A stretch of 52,207 nt of DNA from Coriobacteriales bacterium (GCA_031290175.1 JAITOC010000057.1:1-52207); one strand, 5' to 3'; counted from the stretch's first letter, positions 28,112-37,239 are shown. Made by a program: numbers and translations. Notes: a model not told the origin generated them from the sequence alone.

Positions 28112-28213
28112 TACACGTCCGCCGCTTGTGGTGGTTGAACCTTGAGAAGTCGAGGTCTCTTTGAAAGTTCCCGGGGCGGTGGCTCAGACGCCGTGCCCAG
28201 GGGGACACAACAG

Positions 28214-28564
28214 GGGGGCGACTGGATTCGACATGATAGTCCTGAGAAGGGAAGCATGCGGTGGTCTCCTCGCCACCTTAAACAGGGGTACCGTCAAATT
28301 TAATTGACAGAAATCGTTTTGCACTCGCCGCCTGATTAGGCCGCGACGTCAACTTGGGATACATCCCCGCTCCCAACGCGACGCCACTTAGGGGAATGCT
28401 CCTGCGCACGTAGTCGGTATGGCGTAGGAAAAGATTGAACCGGCTGGCAATGGGCTCGTTTGTCAGTGTGCCTGCCCGGCGCGAGACCTGAACACCGACT
28501 GAGCATGGAGATGCCTTTCAAGGGGTTGTTATGGACCGGAGTTCGATTCTCCGCGCCTCCACCA
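28214..28564 (+). ncRNA. ssrA: tmRNA; tag reading frame (A)DRNRFALAA at 28306-28335
   Basis: 5' GGGGGCGACTGGATTCGAC and 3' GTTCGATTCTCCGCGCCTCCACCA form an acceptor stem with the G3-U alanine identity pair. Tag ends ALAA-stop. Near smpB. Confidence 0.97.
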
Positions 28565-28758
28565 AATCTCATACCCGATCAGCTTACAGCCACAATAAAC
28601 CTGCGGGTTCTCCGCGGCGCAGAGAATACCCATGGGCTCATGCGCTGCTTCGCAGCTTCGCCCCTAAACAGTCCACTGGACTGTTTACCCCCTTGCCTCC
28701 ACCAAATCCCATACCCGATCAGCTTACAGCCACAATAAGCCTGCGGGTTCTCCGCGGC
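28555..28758. repeat. 64-bp direct repeat (28555-28618 and 28695-28758) of the tmRNA 3' end plus flank, enclosing a 76-bp palindromic insert
   Basis: Copies differ at 2 bases. Insert has GCTTCGC at 28647 and 28655 and TAAACAGTCC-act-GGACTGTTTA at 28665-28687. Confidence 0.9.
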
Positions 28759-28772
28759 TTCTATCCAGCGCC

Positions 28773-29120
28773 TCAGGCGTCGGGCTGTCGCGATAGGACG
28801 ACTGCGGTGCCGTAGGCGATTGCTGCGCCGCCTGAATCGCCCATGTTTTCAGTGTCAAAGCGCAGGGCGAGTACGGCGTTTGCGCCCCTTTCAGCGGCAG
28901 CCAGACGCATACGCTCCAAAGCTTCATAGCGACATTCGGCAACGAGGTCTGTGAAGGAGTCGAGTTCACCACCCGACACCATGACGAGCCCTGCTCCCTG
29001 CGTGGCCACACGATTGCGTGAGCGACTCGATACCCCAAAGACCTCGCCGAGCACCGAGACGACTCGATAACCAGGAACATTCTCGGTTGTAACAACAAAG
29101 ACTGCGGCAGGATTAATCAT
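28773..29120 (-). CDS. YbjQ / UPF0145 family protein
   Basis: ATG 29120 behind GGGGAG. VTTENVPGY..LGEVFG, GGEL, R.EALERM..A..GANAVLALRFD, AYGTAV. Confidence 0.92.
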   Translation of the reverse strand: MINPAAVFVVTTENVPGYRVVSVLGEVFGVSSRSRNRVATQGAGLVMVSGGELDSFTDLVAECRYEALERMRLAAAERGANAVLALRFDTENMGDSGGAAIAYGTAVVLSRQPDA

Positions 29121-29207
29121 ATACACTCCCCTGAACTCCCCCAGACGTTTACTAAACAGGCGTACCAAGCTCGTAAATGATACTACACTTTGTGTTACGA
29201 TGACCAC

Positions 29208-32024
29208 ATGAGAACCATAGCAGTCATCGACGGCAACTCGCTTATGCACCGAGCGTTCCATGCTGTCCCACCTTATATGACGGCACCTGACGGCCGTCCT
29301 ACCAACGCATGTTTTGGCTTTATCTCGATGTTGCTCAAACTTGCCGAGGATTTCAAGCCTGACGGTATCGTCTGCGCCTTTGACAAGGGCATTCCGGAGT
29401 TCCGGCTCAAGGCGCTGAGGGAATACAAAGCGCAGCGTCCGCCGACCGATCCCGATCTCAAAGTGCAATTCCCGATGATTCAGCAGCTGCTCGTAGGACT
29501 CTCCATCCCCGTTGTTCAGATTGAAGGATGGGAGGGTGACGACATCCTTGGCACGCTTGCCGTGCGCGGTGAGGAGGCGGGCATGAGCGTGCTTCTCGTC
29601 ACGGGGGACAAGGACGCGTTGCAGCTGACCAGCGAGTTTGTCAGCGTCGTCAAGAACAAGAAGGGCATGTCCGAGGTCGATATCTTTGACCCTGCCAAGG
29701 TGGAAGCAGAGTGGGGCGTGCCACCCGCACGTATCACCGATCTGCTCGGGCTTATGGGGGACACGTCGGACAATATCCCCGGCATCCCTGGCGTTGGCCC
29801 AAAGAAGGCCGTGCAACTCCTGCAAGACTACGGCACCCTCGAAAAAGTGCTTGCCCATGGTGCAGAGATAAAGGGCAAACTGGGGGAGAATGTGCGGGCA
29901 AACGGTGACTTGGCGCGCGCAAGCAAGGAAGTCGCGACCATCATGTGTGATGTGCCCCTTGTCTGCGATCTCACCACCGTGTCATTCCCGGCTTTTGATA
30001 CGGCAGCCATGAGCGCCGTCTTCACCGAGTTCGCTCTTACATCCCAGCTCAGGAAGCTGCTGACTCTGGCAGGGAGGACACCCGGAGCAGGAAGCGCGTC
30101 CGGGTCAGGGCGTGTTCCCGGGACGGGGGCTACGCCTAGGGCAGGAGCCATGCCGAACGCTGTGAGCGCCACCGGAGCAAAGGTGCCCGCCAAACCTGCC
30201 GAATCCCCTACCGCGCCCGCACCAGACGGCAACGCCCCAACGCTTACCCCTGTGCTGCCACTCACCCTCACAACGCCACTCACCCTCGCCCCGCCGATCA
30301 CCGGCAGTGACGCCCAGCGCCAGCTTGAGCTCGCCTGTGAGGCAGGCAGCCTTCTCGCCGCTTCTATCGACTCCGAGGCGGGAACCTCCCTCTTCGACTC
30401 AGCTCGTCACCTCTATATTGCTACACAAAATAGCATATTATGCTTCGACGACACAGCTATGACCACGGCGCTCACCGCAATCGTCAGACGGGGCACGCTT
30501 ATCACCGTCGATGCAAAGGCGCTGCTCCAAGAGCTTATCCCTCCCAACTCCAGCAAAGCCTGCGCCCTCGACCCCTGGGAGCTCGACCCCACGCGTATCT
30601 TCGACGCATCGCTGGCGGCATACCTTCTCGATTCCTCATCCGACTACCGCAAGGTCGATGCGCTCATCGAGCGCTTTACGCCGGGCATGCTGCCAGAAGC
30701 CACGGAGCAACTTCCGCAGGGTGCCCTGAACGCCGCCGCTCTTCTCAGTCTGCATGCCTTGCTTACGCAGCGGCTTATCGACGATGGCTCGATGGAATGC
30801 TACCAGCGCATCGAGATGCCGCTGGTTGCCGTGCTCGTGCAAATCGAGCGCTGGGGCATGAATGTCGATTCCAAGGTGCTCGATACCCTGGGTGCGCAGT
30901 TGGCGACGACGCTTGCGACGCTCAGGGCGCAAGCTACAGCTGAGGCGGGGGAGGAATTCAACCTCGATTCTCCCAAACAGCTCGGGGTTATCCTTTTCGA
31001 GAAGCTCAAGCTCCCGACGATCAGAAAGACGCGTACCGGCTATTCCACCGATGCCGCCGTGTTGCAGGAGCTCTCAGGGATGCACCCCCTGCCGCACATC
31101 ATGCTTGAATACCGCGAGCTCGCCAAGCTCAAATCAACCTATCTCGATGCGCTGCCGCGCCTGGTTGCCTCTGACCAGCACATCCACACCAGCCTGAACC
31201 AGGCGGTGACGGCAACGGGGCGGCTCTCATCAAGCGACCCCAATCTCCAGAACATCCCCGTGCGCACCGACCTCGGTCGCCAGATACGCACGGCGTTCAT
31301 CCCCGATCCTGTGGCGCTGGGGGTGGCGGACGCGGTGTTCCTCTCGGCGGACTACTCCCAGATAGAACTCCGTCTGCTGGCGCACCTCTCGGGCGATGAG
31401 GGGCTAATTGAGGCATTCCTGAGTGGCGAGGATTTTCACGCCTCTACGGCAGCACGGGTCTTCAATGTGCCGGTTACAGAGATCACCCCGCAGTTGCGCT
31501 CACGGGCAAAGGCGGTCAACTTCGGTATCGTCTATGGGCAACAGGCTTTTGGGCTGGCGCAGTCGCTGGGGGTTGCCTTTGCCGAGGCACAGGAGATGAT
31601 AAAGCGTTACTTTGCGGTTTATCCGCAGGTCAGATGCTATTTGGACGAGGTTGTCGAGCTGGCGCGTGAGCAGGGCTGGGTCGAAACACTCTATGGACGC
31701 AAACGGCATATCCATGAGATACGGTCATCCAATGCAAACCTGCGCGGTTTTGGTGAGCGCACCGCCATGAATCATCCCATGCAGGGCAGCGCGGCAGACA
31801 TCATCAAACTTGCGATGATTGAGGTGCAGCGGCGTCTTTGTGCAGAGGGATTCGTGTCGCAGATGATACTGCAGGTGCATGACGAACTCGATTTTAACTG
31901 CGCGAAATCTGAGGCAGACCGTCTCCAGATCATGGTAAAACAGGTGATGGAGAACGTCGCTGAACTCAGGGTGCCGCTGCTCGCAACCGTCTCGATAGGG
32001 GACAGCTGGGCGACTGCCCACTGA
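29208..32024 (+). CDS. polA: DNA polymerase I
   Basis: IDGNSLMHRAFHA, GDTSDNIPG, TGRLSSSDPNLQNIP, DYSQIELR, RAKAVNFGIVYG, QVHDEL. Confidence 0.98.
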   Translation: MRTIAVIDGNSLMHRAFHAVPPYMTAPDGRPTNACFGFISMLLKLAEDFKPDGIVCAFDKGIPEFRLKALREYKAQRPPTDPDLKVQFPMIQQLLVGLSIPVVQIEGWEGDDILGTLAVRGEEAGMSVLLVTGDKDALQLTSEFVSVVKNKKGMSEVDIFDPAKVEAEWGVPPARITDLLGLMGDTSDNIPGIPGVGPKKAVQLLQDYGTLEKVLAHGAEIKGKLGENVRANGDLARASKEVATIMCDVPLVCDLTTVSFPAFDTAAMSAVFTEFALTSQLRKLLTLAGRTPGAGSASGSGRVPGTGATPRAGAMPNAVSATGAKVPAKPAESPTAPAPDGNAPTLTPVLPLTLTTPLTLAPPITGSDAQRQLELACEAGSLLAASIDSEAGTSLFDSARHLYIATQNSILCFDDTAMTTALTAIVRRGTLITVDAKALLQELIPPNSSKACALDPWELDPTRIFDASLAAYLLDSSSDYRKVDALIERFTPGMLPEATEQLPQGALNAAALLSLHALLTQRLIDDGSMECYQRIEMPLVAVLVQIERWGMNVDSKVLDTLGAQLATTLATLRAQATAEAGEEFNLDSPKQLGVILFEKLKLPTIRKTRTGYSTDAAVLQELSGMHPLPHIMLEYRELAKLKSTYLDALPRLVASDQHIHTSLNQAVTATGRLSSSDPNLQNIPVRTDLGRQIRTAFIPDPVALGVADAVFLSADYSQIELRLLAHLSGDEGLIEAFLSGEDFHASTAARVFNVPVTEITPQLRSRAKAVNFGIVYGQQAFGLAQSLGVAFAEAQEMIKRYFAVYPQVRCYLDEVVELAREQGWVETLYGRKRHIHEIRSSNANLRGFGERTAMNHPMQGSAADIIKLAMIEVQRRLCAEGFVSQMILQVHDELDFNCAKSEADRLQIMVKQVMENVAELRVPLLATVSIGDSWATAH

Positions 32025-32262
32025 GCGTCGCCCGACCGTTGCCCGACCACACCCCGACCGTTGCCCGACCGACCGCTGAGCTCCGTCCACTGAGCGCGCC
32101 CAAGCATCCGCCCTTTTTGTTTCCGGCGTGTTAATTCAACGGTTCACCTGTGTAAACTTCCTGCAAAAGCCCTTGAACCATCCGCATATCTCCTGCATAG
32201 TACCTCTAAGCGCGGCTGCTGGAGCTGTGCATAGACACGGTCATGAGGGTCGTGCGGGAGTG

Positions 32263-33546
32263 ATGGAGGAGTTGAGAGGTTTGGACACAGGGACTATGGC
32301 ATTTATGCTCGTGTGCGCGATGCTGGTGCTCCTGATGACACCGGGGCTCGCGTTCTTTTACGGTGGTTTGGCCAGACGCAAGAATGTTGTGAACACCATG
32401 TTCATGTCCTTGGTTGTTCTGGGCATCGTCGGAGTGGTATGGGTACTCGCCGGGCATTCGTTTGCCTACGGCGGGGACGGAGAGAACCTGTTCTTCGGTG
32501 GATTTGACTTGTTAGGCGGTGCCAATTTTGTTTCGACGATGTTTGCTGAGTCGGCTGACCCCGAGTTCGACGGTGGCTATCTCACACTGGTGAACATCAC
32601 CTATCAGGCGGCTTTTGCGATGATTACCACCGCAATCATCACCGGATCACTTGCCGGGCGTATGAAGTTCGGTGCAGTCGTCGCGTTTGCGACTATTTGG
32701 GTGCTGCTGGTCTACGCGCCCCTTGCCCACATGGTCTGGGGCGGCGGTCTCATCGGTGGTACGATCGGTGCCTTGGACTTTGCCGGAGGCGACGTTGTTC
32801 ACATCTCCTCAGGTTTGACCGGCCTTACCCTCTGCCTCCTGCTGGGCAAACGTAAGGGCTACGGTCTCATGAGCTATCGTCCGCATAATGTTCCCTTCGT
32901 CGTGCTCGGTGCTTCGTTGCTGTGGTTTGGCTGGTTTGGCTTCAACGGTGGTTCGGCGTTCGCGCCTGACGGCATTGCGGCGCTCGCTCTGCTCAACACC
33001 GTTGCCGCCTCGGCAGCCGCCCTGCTTTCTTGGTCACTTGTCGAGAAGATCAAGACAGGCAAGTCCACCCTCGTTGGTGCATGCACCGGTCTGGTCGCCG
33101 GCCTGGTCGTCATCACGCCAGCTGCTGGTTTTGTCGAACCTTGGGCAGCCATCATAATGGGCATCATCGTCTCGCCCATCTGCTACTTTGCCATCTCCTT
33201 TCTCAAGGGAAAGATTGGCTACGACGACGCACTCGATGCTTTTGGTTGTCACACGGTTGGTGGTATCACAGGAGGTATCCTGACAGGCCTGTTTTGTGTG
33301 CCGGAGCTTTCCTGGACCGAGTTTGGCGGCCTGTTCTATACCGGGGACCCCACGCTGCTCGGAGCGCAGGTCTTGGGTATACTGATAACCATCGTCTTTG
33401 TCGCTGTGGCGACGCTCATTATCGGTTTCGTGCTCAAACTTATCTTCAAGGGCAGCCTGCGTGCGAGCGAGGAAGAAGAGTCGACCGGTCTGGATGTCTC
33501 CCTTCACGGCGAATCCGCTTATCCCGCGTTCAACGGTCTTGACTGA
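32263..33546 (+). CDS. amtB: Ammonium transporter (Amt)
   Basis: MTPGLAFFYGG, DFAGGDVVHI, LWFGWFGFNGGS, DDALDAFGCH, HGESAY. Start may be TTG 32272 or 32281. Confidence 0.95.
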   Translation: MEELRGLDTGTMAFMLVCAMLVLLMTPGLAFFYGGLARRKNVVNTMFMSLVVLGIVGVVWVLAGHSFAYGGDGENLFFGGFDLLGGANFVSTMFAESADPEFDGGYLTLVNITYQAAFAMITTAIITGSLAGRMKFGAVVAFATIWVLLVYAPLAHMVWGGGLIGGTIGALDFAGGDVVHISSGLTGLTLCLLLGKRKGYGLMSYRPHNVPFVVLGASLLWFGWFGFNGGSAFAPDGIAALALLNTVAASAAALLSWSLVEKIKTGKSTLVGACTGLVAGLVVITPAAGFVEPWAAIIMGIIVSPICYFAISFLKGKIGYDDALDAFGCHTVGGITGGILTGLFCVPELSWTEFGGLFYTGDPTLLGAQVLGILITIVFVAVATLIIGFVLKLIFKGSLRASEEEESTGLDVSLHGESAYPAFNGLD

Positions 33547-33562
33547 GAGGGAGTGACTATAC

Positions 33563-33901
33563 ATGAAAAAGATTGAAGCAATCGTTCGTCCCGCCAAGCT
33601 CGAAGCTCTCAAAGAAGCATTCCTCAAAGCGGACATCAAGGGCATGACCATTTCTGAGGTGCATGGCTGCGGTAATCAGCACGGGTGGAAGGAGTTCTAC
33701 CGCGGCAGCGAGATCATCGTGAACACGCTGCCCAAAATCAAATTCGAGGTTGTGGTTGCAGACAGTAAGGTGCAGAGCACCGTGGATCTCATCGTCGAAA
33801 CCGCAAAGACCGGAGAGGTGGGAGATGGCAAGATATTCATCCTCCCCGTCGAAGAAGTCGTACGCATCCGCACCAGCGAATCAGGAGAGGTAGCCATCTA
33901 G
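33563..33901 (+). CDS. glnK: PII nitrogen regulatory protein (GlnK/GlnB)
   Basis: MKKIEAIVRP, GCGNQHG..YRG T-loop, TGEVGDGKIF. Follows amt. Confidence 0.93.
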   Translation: MKKIEAIVRPAKLEALKEAFLKADIKGMTISEVHGCGNQHGWKEFYRGSEIIVNTLPKIKFEVVVADSKVQSTVDLIVETAKTGEVGDGKIFILPVEEVVRIRTSESGEVAI

Positions 33902-33926
33902 CCCCTTCTTCTCGCCAGAACGTTTT

Positions 33927-33959
33927 ATGAACCCCTGCATTTCTGTGGGGGTTCATTTA
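33927..33959. terminator. Intrinsic terminator after amt-PII
   Basis: ATGAACCCCTGCA-tttc-TGTGGGGGTTCAT followed by TTA. Confidence 0.75.
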
Positions 33960-34002
33960 TAATGAACCGCTGTCCACAACGTTTGAGAGGAAGAGGAACC
34001 AT

Positions 34003-35013
34003 ATGCGCGCAAAGATCGTTCGCTTGGCTCTTGTGTTTGTGCTTATAGGTGCGACGCTGCTTTCGGGCTGTCAGGCACCGGGTACGGACACCGAGGGTAC
34101 AGAGGGCACAGGCACAGGGGGAGCACGGCGGGTCGTCGTCGGCACGATGGTCACGGAGGATCTCCTGCCGCTTTGGGCTGCCGAGCAGGACGGCATTCTC
34201 ACCGGGGATGACTTCATCGTTGAGATACAGGTTTTTCAATCCGCGCAGGAGCTCTCGACAGCCATCGCTGCTGGAGAGATCGATTTCGCCATGACCGACC
34301 CGCTCGTAGCTGCCAACCTCACCGCAGGAGGAACCCCCGTTACCCTGGAGTGGGTGACCCTCGGCGCAACCCCTGCTCAAGGACGTTTTGGCATCATGGC
34401 CAGCCCAGAAAGCGGCATCACGAGTTTGAAGGATCTTGCCGGTGTGCCCATCGGAGTTGGCTCGAACACGATGCTCGAATATGTCATGGACTCAGTGCTG
34501 ATTGATGCGGGCGTTCCCGTCAATCAGATAAAGAAAGAAGAGATCAAGAAGATACCGGTTCGCTACGAGATGATGGCGAGCAATCAGGTTGCCGCCGCCG
34601 TATTGCCTGCGACGATGCTCTATCTGGGAGAGAGCTCCGGAATGGTACTTATCGCCGATGACACAAAGGGCAAGAACCTCTCACAGTCGGTTATGGTCTC
34701 ACGCAGCGCCTTTACTGAAACACCCGAAGGACAAGAAGCACTCGCCTTCGTCAAGCAGGCATGGGATACTTCAGCTGCTCAGATAAACAAGAATCCGGAA
34801 TCGTACCGCGCGCTTCTTGTGGAGAAGTGCTCGCTGCCCGATCCTATAGCGGACAGCTATCCGGTCAGCGACTATCCGCTCGCCCAGCGCCCCGGCGCAG
34901 AAACCCTAGACCCACTCCTTGCTTGGATGGAGGAGAAGGGTTACCTTGAGCAGCCGCTTTCCTACGACCCGAAGACAGGGGAGTTCCGCAAAGACGAGAC
35001 AACAGGTAACTGA
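34003..35013 (+). CDS. ABC transporter substrate-binding lipoprotein, NitT/TauT (SsuA-like)
   Basis: Lipobox LSGC, AIAAGEIDF, ITSLKDLAG..IGV. First gene of a three-gene ABC unit. Confidence 0.85.
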   Translation: MRAKIVRLALVFVLIGATLLSGCQAPGTDTEGTEGTGTGGARRVVVGTMVTEDLLPLWAAEQDGILTGDDFIVEIQVFQSAQELSTAIAAGEIDFAMTDPLVAANLTAGGTPVTLEWVTLGATPAQGRFGIMASPESGITSLKDLAGVPIGVGSNTMLEYVMDSVLIDAGVPVNQIKKEEIKKIPVRYEMMASNQVAAAVLPATMLYLGESSGMVLIADDTKGKNLSQSVMVSRSAFTETPEGQEALAFVKQAWDTSAAQINKNPESYRALLVEKCSLPDPIADSYPVSDYPLAQRPGAETLDPLLAWMEEKGYLEQPLSYDPKTGEFRKDETTGN

Positions 35014-35016
35014 TCG

Positions 35017-35841
35017 GTGCCCATGCTCTCCTACAAGGATGTGTTCCTGACCTACCGCGGTACTGCGGTCAGCGTCAAAGCGCTCTCTCACTTCAGTCTC
35101 GACATCGACCCTGGTGAGCCCGTCGCGATAATCGGTCCTTCCGGTTGCGGCAAATCGACAGCCTTGTTGCTGGCTGCCGGCCTGCTGCAGCCGACGGATG
35201 GAGAGGTGAGCATAGCTGCGAGCAAGGTGACGAAACCACGCTTTGAGACCGCACTCATCCTGCAGGATTTTGGCCTGCTTCCATGGAAGACCGTCTATGA
35301 CAACGCAGCCCTTGGCCTGCGTGTTCGCAAGTTCAAGCGCTCTGAGATCAGGCAGCGCACCGAGAAGGCTCTGCAACAAGCCGAGCTCGCCGACTTTGCG
35401 CGGCTGTATCCAGCGGAGCTTTCAGGTGGTATGCGGCAACGCCTTGCGCTGGCACGCGCGCTGGCACTTGACGTGAATCTTTTGTTGATGGATGAGCCGC
35501 TTTCTGCTCTTGACGCTCTGCTGAGGGAGCAGTTGCAGGATCTCTTGCTGCAACTTTGGAGGACGAGCGCCTATGCGCAGGTGCTCGTGACGCACTCCAT
35601 TGAGGAGGCTGTCTTTCTCGGGCGGCGCATCATCATCATGAGCCAGCGCCCGGGACGCGTGGCGCACATTGTCGACAACCCGGGCATGGGCTCGACCGAT
35701 TTTCGCGGTGAGGCGGCTTTTTACACGAAGTGCCAGGAAGTACGTGCCGTTCTTACCGCGCAGAGCCTTAAGGGTGCAGGCGTAGCAGGTGCAGATGTGG
35801 CTACGGGTGCAAATGCAGACGCAGGGGTGAGCCGTGCGTAA
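35017..35841 (+). CDS. ABC transporter ATPase, NitT/TauT family
   Basis: GPSGCGKST, LLPWKTV, LSGGMRQR, MDEPLSALD, VTHSIEEAVFLG. Confidence 0.93.
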   Translation: MPMLSYKDVFLTYRGTAVSVKALSHFSLDIDPGEPVAIIGPSGCGKSTALLLAAGLLQPTDGEVSIAASKVTKPRFETALILQDFGLLPWKTVYDNAALGLRVRKFKRSEIRQRTEKALQQAELADFARLYPAELSGGMRQRLALARALALDVNLLLMDEPLSALDALLREQLQDLLLQLWRTSAYAQVLVTHSIEEAVFLGRRIIIMSQRPGRVAHIVDNPGMGSTDFRGEAAFYTKCQEVRAVLTAQSLKGAGVAGADVATGANADAGVSRA

Positions 35842-36577
35842 GCTCCTTTCTTATCTTGCAGCTATCGCCGTTATCCTCGTGGTGTGGGAGCTTGCGGCGC
35901 TGATGGTGCACTCGCCCGTGCTGCCCACGCCGCTGGCGACCTTTCCCATGCTCGTGCGCTATGCGGGTGCACTTGCGCCGGACTTCCTCATCAGTCTCTA
36001 CCGCGTCGTAATCGCGATGGCGCTGGGAACCGTCCTGGCCATGCCTCTCGGGCTTGCGGTTGGGCGCTCGCCTCGGCTCGATACTTTGTTGGCACCGCTC
36101 CTGTATATACTCTATCCCATACCCAAGATCGTCTTTTTGCCCGTGCTGCTTGTGCTCCTGGGTCTTGCCGATGCGCCCAAGATAGTGTTAATTGCAATAA
36201 CAATATTCTTCCAGGTGTTGGTGACGGTGCGAGATGCCGCAAAGGCCGTCCCCGAGGCTTCGGTTCTCAGTGTCCGCTCGCTCGGGGCGTCCCGGCTCGA
36301 TGTCTTTACGAATGTCGTCGTGCCGGCATCTCTCCCCGAGCTCTTTACCGCGCTGCGGATTAGCTCGGGTACAGCTGTTGCTATCTTGTTCTTTGCCGAG
36401 GCGATTGCCGGTTCAACCGGGCTTGGCTACTTTATCGTTGATGCGTGGGGTGCCATCGACTATCCCCGTATGTTCGCTGGTATCATTTCCATGGGACTTC
36501 TGGGAGTTGCCCTCTATGAGGTCTTCGACCTCGTAGAACACCGCCTGACACGCTGGCGCTCCTCCGTGCGTCGCTAA
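35834..36577 (+). CDS. ABC transporter permease, NitT/TauT family
   Basis: YPIPKIVFLP, RSLGAS (EAA-like loop), VPASLP..FTALR, GLGYFI. Confidence 0.92.
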   Translation: MRKLLSYLAAIAVILVVWELAALMVHSPVLPTPLATFPMLVRYAGALAPDFLISLYRVVIAMALGTVLAMPLGLAVGRSPRLDTLLAPLLYILYPIPKIVFLPVLLVLLGLADAPKIVLIAITIFFQVLVTVRDAAKAVPEASVLSVRSLGASRLDVFTNVVVPASLPELFTALRISSGTAVAILFFAEAIAGSTGLGYFIVDAWGAIDYPRMFAGIISMGLLGVALYEVFDLVEHRLTRWRSSVRR

Positions 36578-36750
36578 GAAGGCACCGATTCCTTGCCAGC
36601 CCACTGACCCTCTGAACAGAAACGCTTTGATCCCTCATTGAAAAAGTTTGCACTTCTGGCTTGCTTGTTTCTGCGCAAGCGCTACAATGACAGAGATATA
36701 TAAATGTGGTTACAGGGTTTACGGCGGGGTTTCTAAGGGGCTGGGGGGTT

Positions 36751-36837
36751 GTGAAGATTCGTACTTCAATATCACTCATAAAACGATTAGCGATTAGCTA
36801 TCCCATCAAGGGCAGAGCGCTCTACTTCTTGAAGTAG
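36751..36837 (+). pseudogene. 3' remnant of a paralog of lipoprotein 37312..37797
   Basis: GTGAAGATTCGTACTTC...GCTCTACTTCTTGAAGTAG aligns with GTGAAGACCTGTACTTC...GCTCTACTTCTCAAAGTAG (ISYPIKGRALYFLK* vs ISYTTEDGTLYFSK*). Contains a 7-bp GATTAGC duplication. Confidence 0.7.
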
Positions 36838-36903
36838 TCGGCGTGGTGTCTTGGTGTGTGTGCAATAGTAGTTCAATATTAGCTAGAGGATAAGGAGAAA
36901 GTT

Positions 36904-37059
36904 ATGAAAAAGCGTCTTGTTCTATCTGTAGTGACCGTTATGGCCGTTGTTGCGATGTCACTTGCCTTTACCGGCTGTCATCGGGGCAGCGGTGGCACCA
37001 CCACTGGTGGCGCTGAAGAAACAGTAACCAATGCTGCGCTCTCAGCTCTTGGCCTGTAG
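36904..37059 (+). CDS. 51-aa small lipoprotein (not in ORF track)
   Basis: RBS TAAGGAG. MKKRLVLSVVTVMAVVAMSLAFTGCHRGSGGTTTGGAEETVTNAALSALGL*; lipobox FTGC; terminator follows. Confidence 0.7.
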   Translation: MKKRLVLSVVTVMAVVAMSLAFTGCHRGSGGTTTGGAEETVTNAALSALGL

Positions 37060-37100
37060 GCGGTTAACGAACTGCGTCTAGCCACAACCTGATAGACCAC

Positions 37101-37139
37101 TGATAATCCTCCCAGGACACGTGAATGGGAGGATTATCG
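37101..37139 (+). terminator. Stem-loop terminator after the small lipoprotein
   Basis: GATAATCCTCCCA ... TGGGAGGATTATC, a 13-bp stem. Confidence 0.65.
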
Positions 37140-37211
37140 TGTGGGCGGCATACATTCACTCACGTCATACTAACGCTTTCGGTCGCTCACTGAAAAAGTT
37201 ACTGGTTCTGG

Positions 37212-37239
37212 CTTGTTCGTCTCTGCAAATCGCTATAAT
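37212..37239 (+). promoter_or_regulatory. Promoter for the lipoprotein pair (possibly also pheST); paralogous copy at about 36661-36689
   Basis: TTGTTC...TATAAT here and TTGCTT-17-TACAAT in the upstream copy, both within ~100 bp of mutually similar sequence. Confidence 0.6.

Noticed and set aside
29121-29858. N-terminal 246 aa of the 361-aa ORF 28773..29858
   Set aside because: Antisense to polA. The YbjQ domain starts at ATG 29120 with its own RBS, so this is not a real fusion.
32030-32075. Short CCCGACC repeats with ~11-bp period after polA
   Set aside because: Low-complexity slippage tract of four to five units; no further structure or second locus.
32128-32160. Possible GlnR box upstream of amt (GTTCACCTGTGTAAAC)
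   Set aside because: Half-site spacing does not fit the GTnAC-n6-GAAAC consensus well enough to call.
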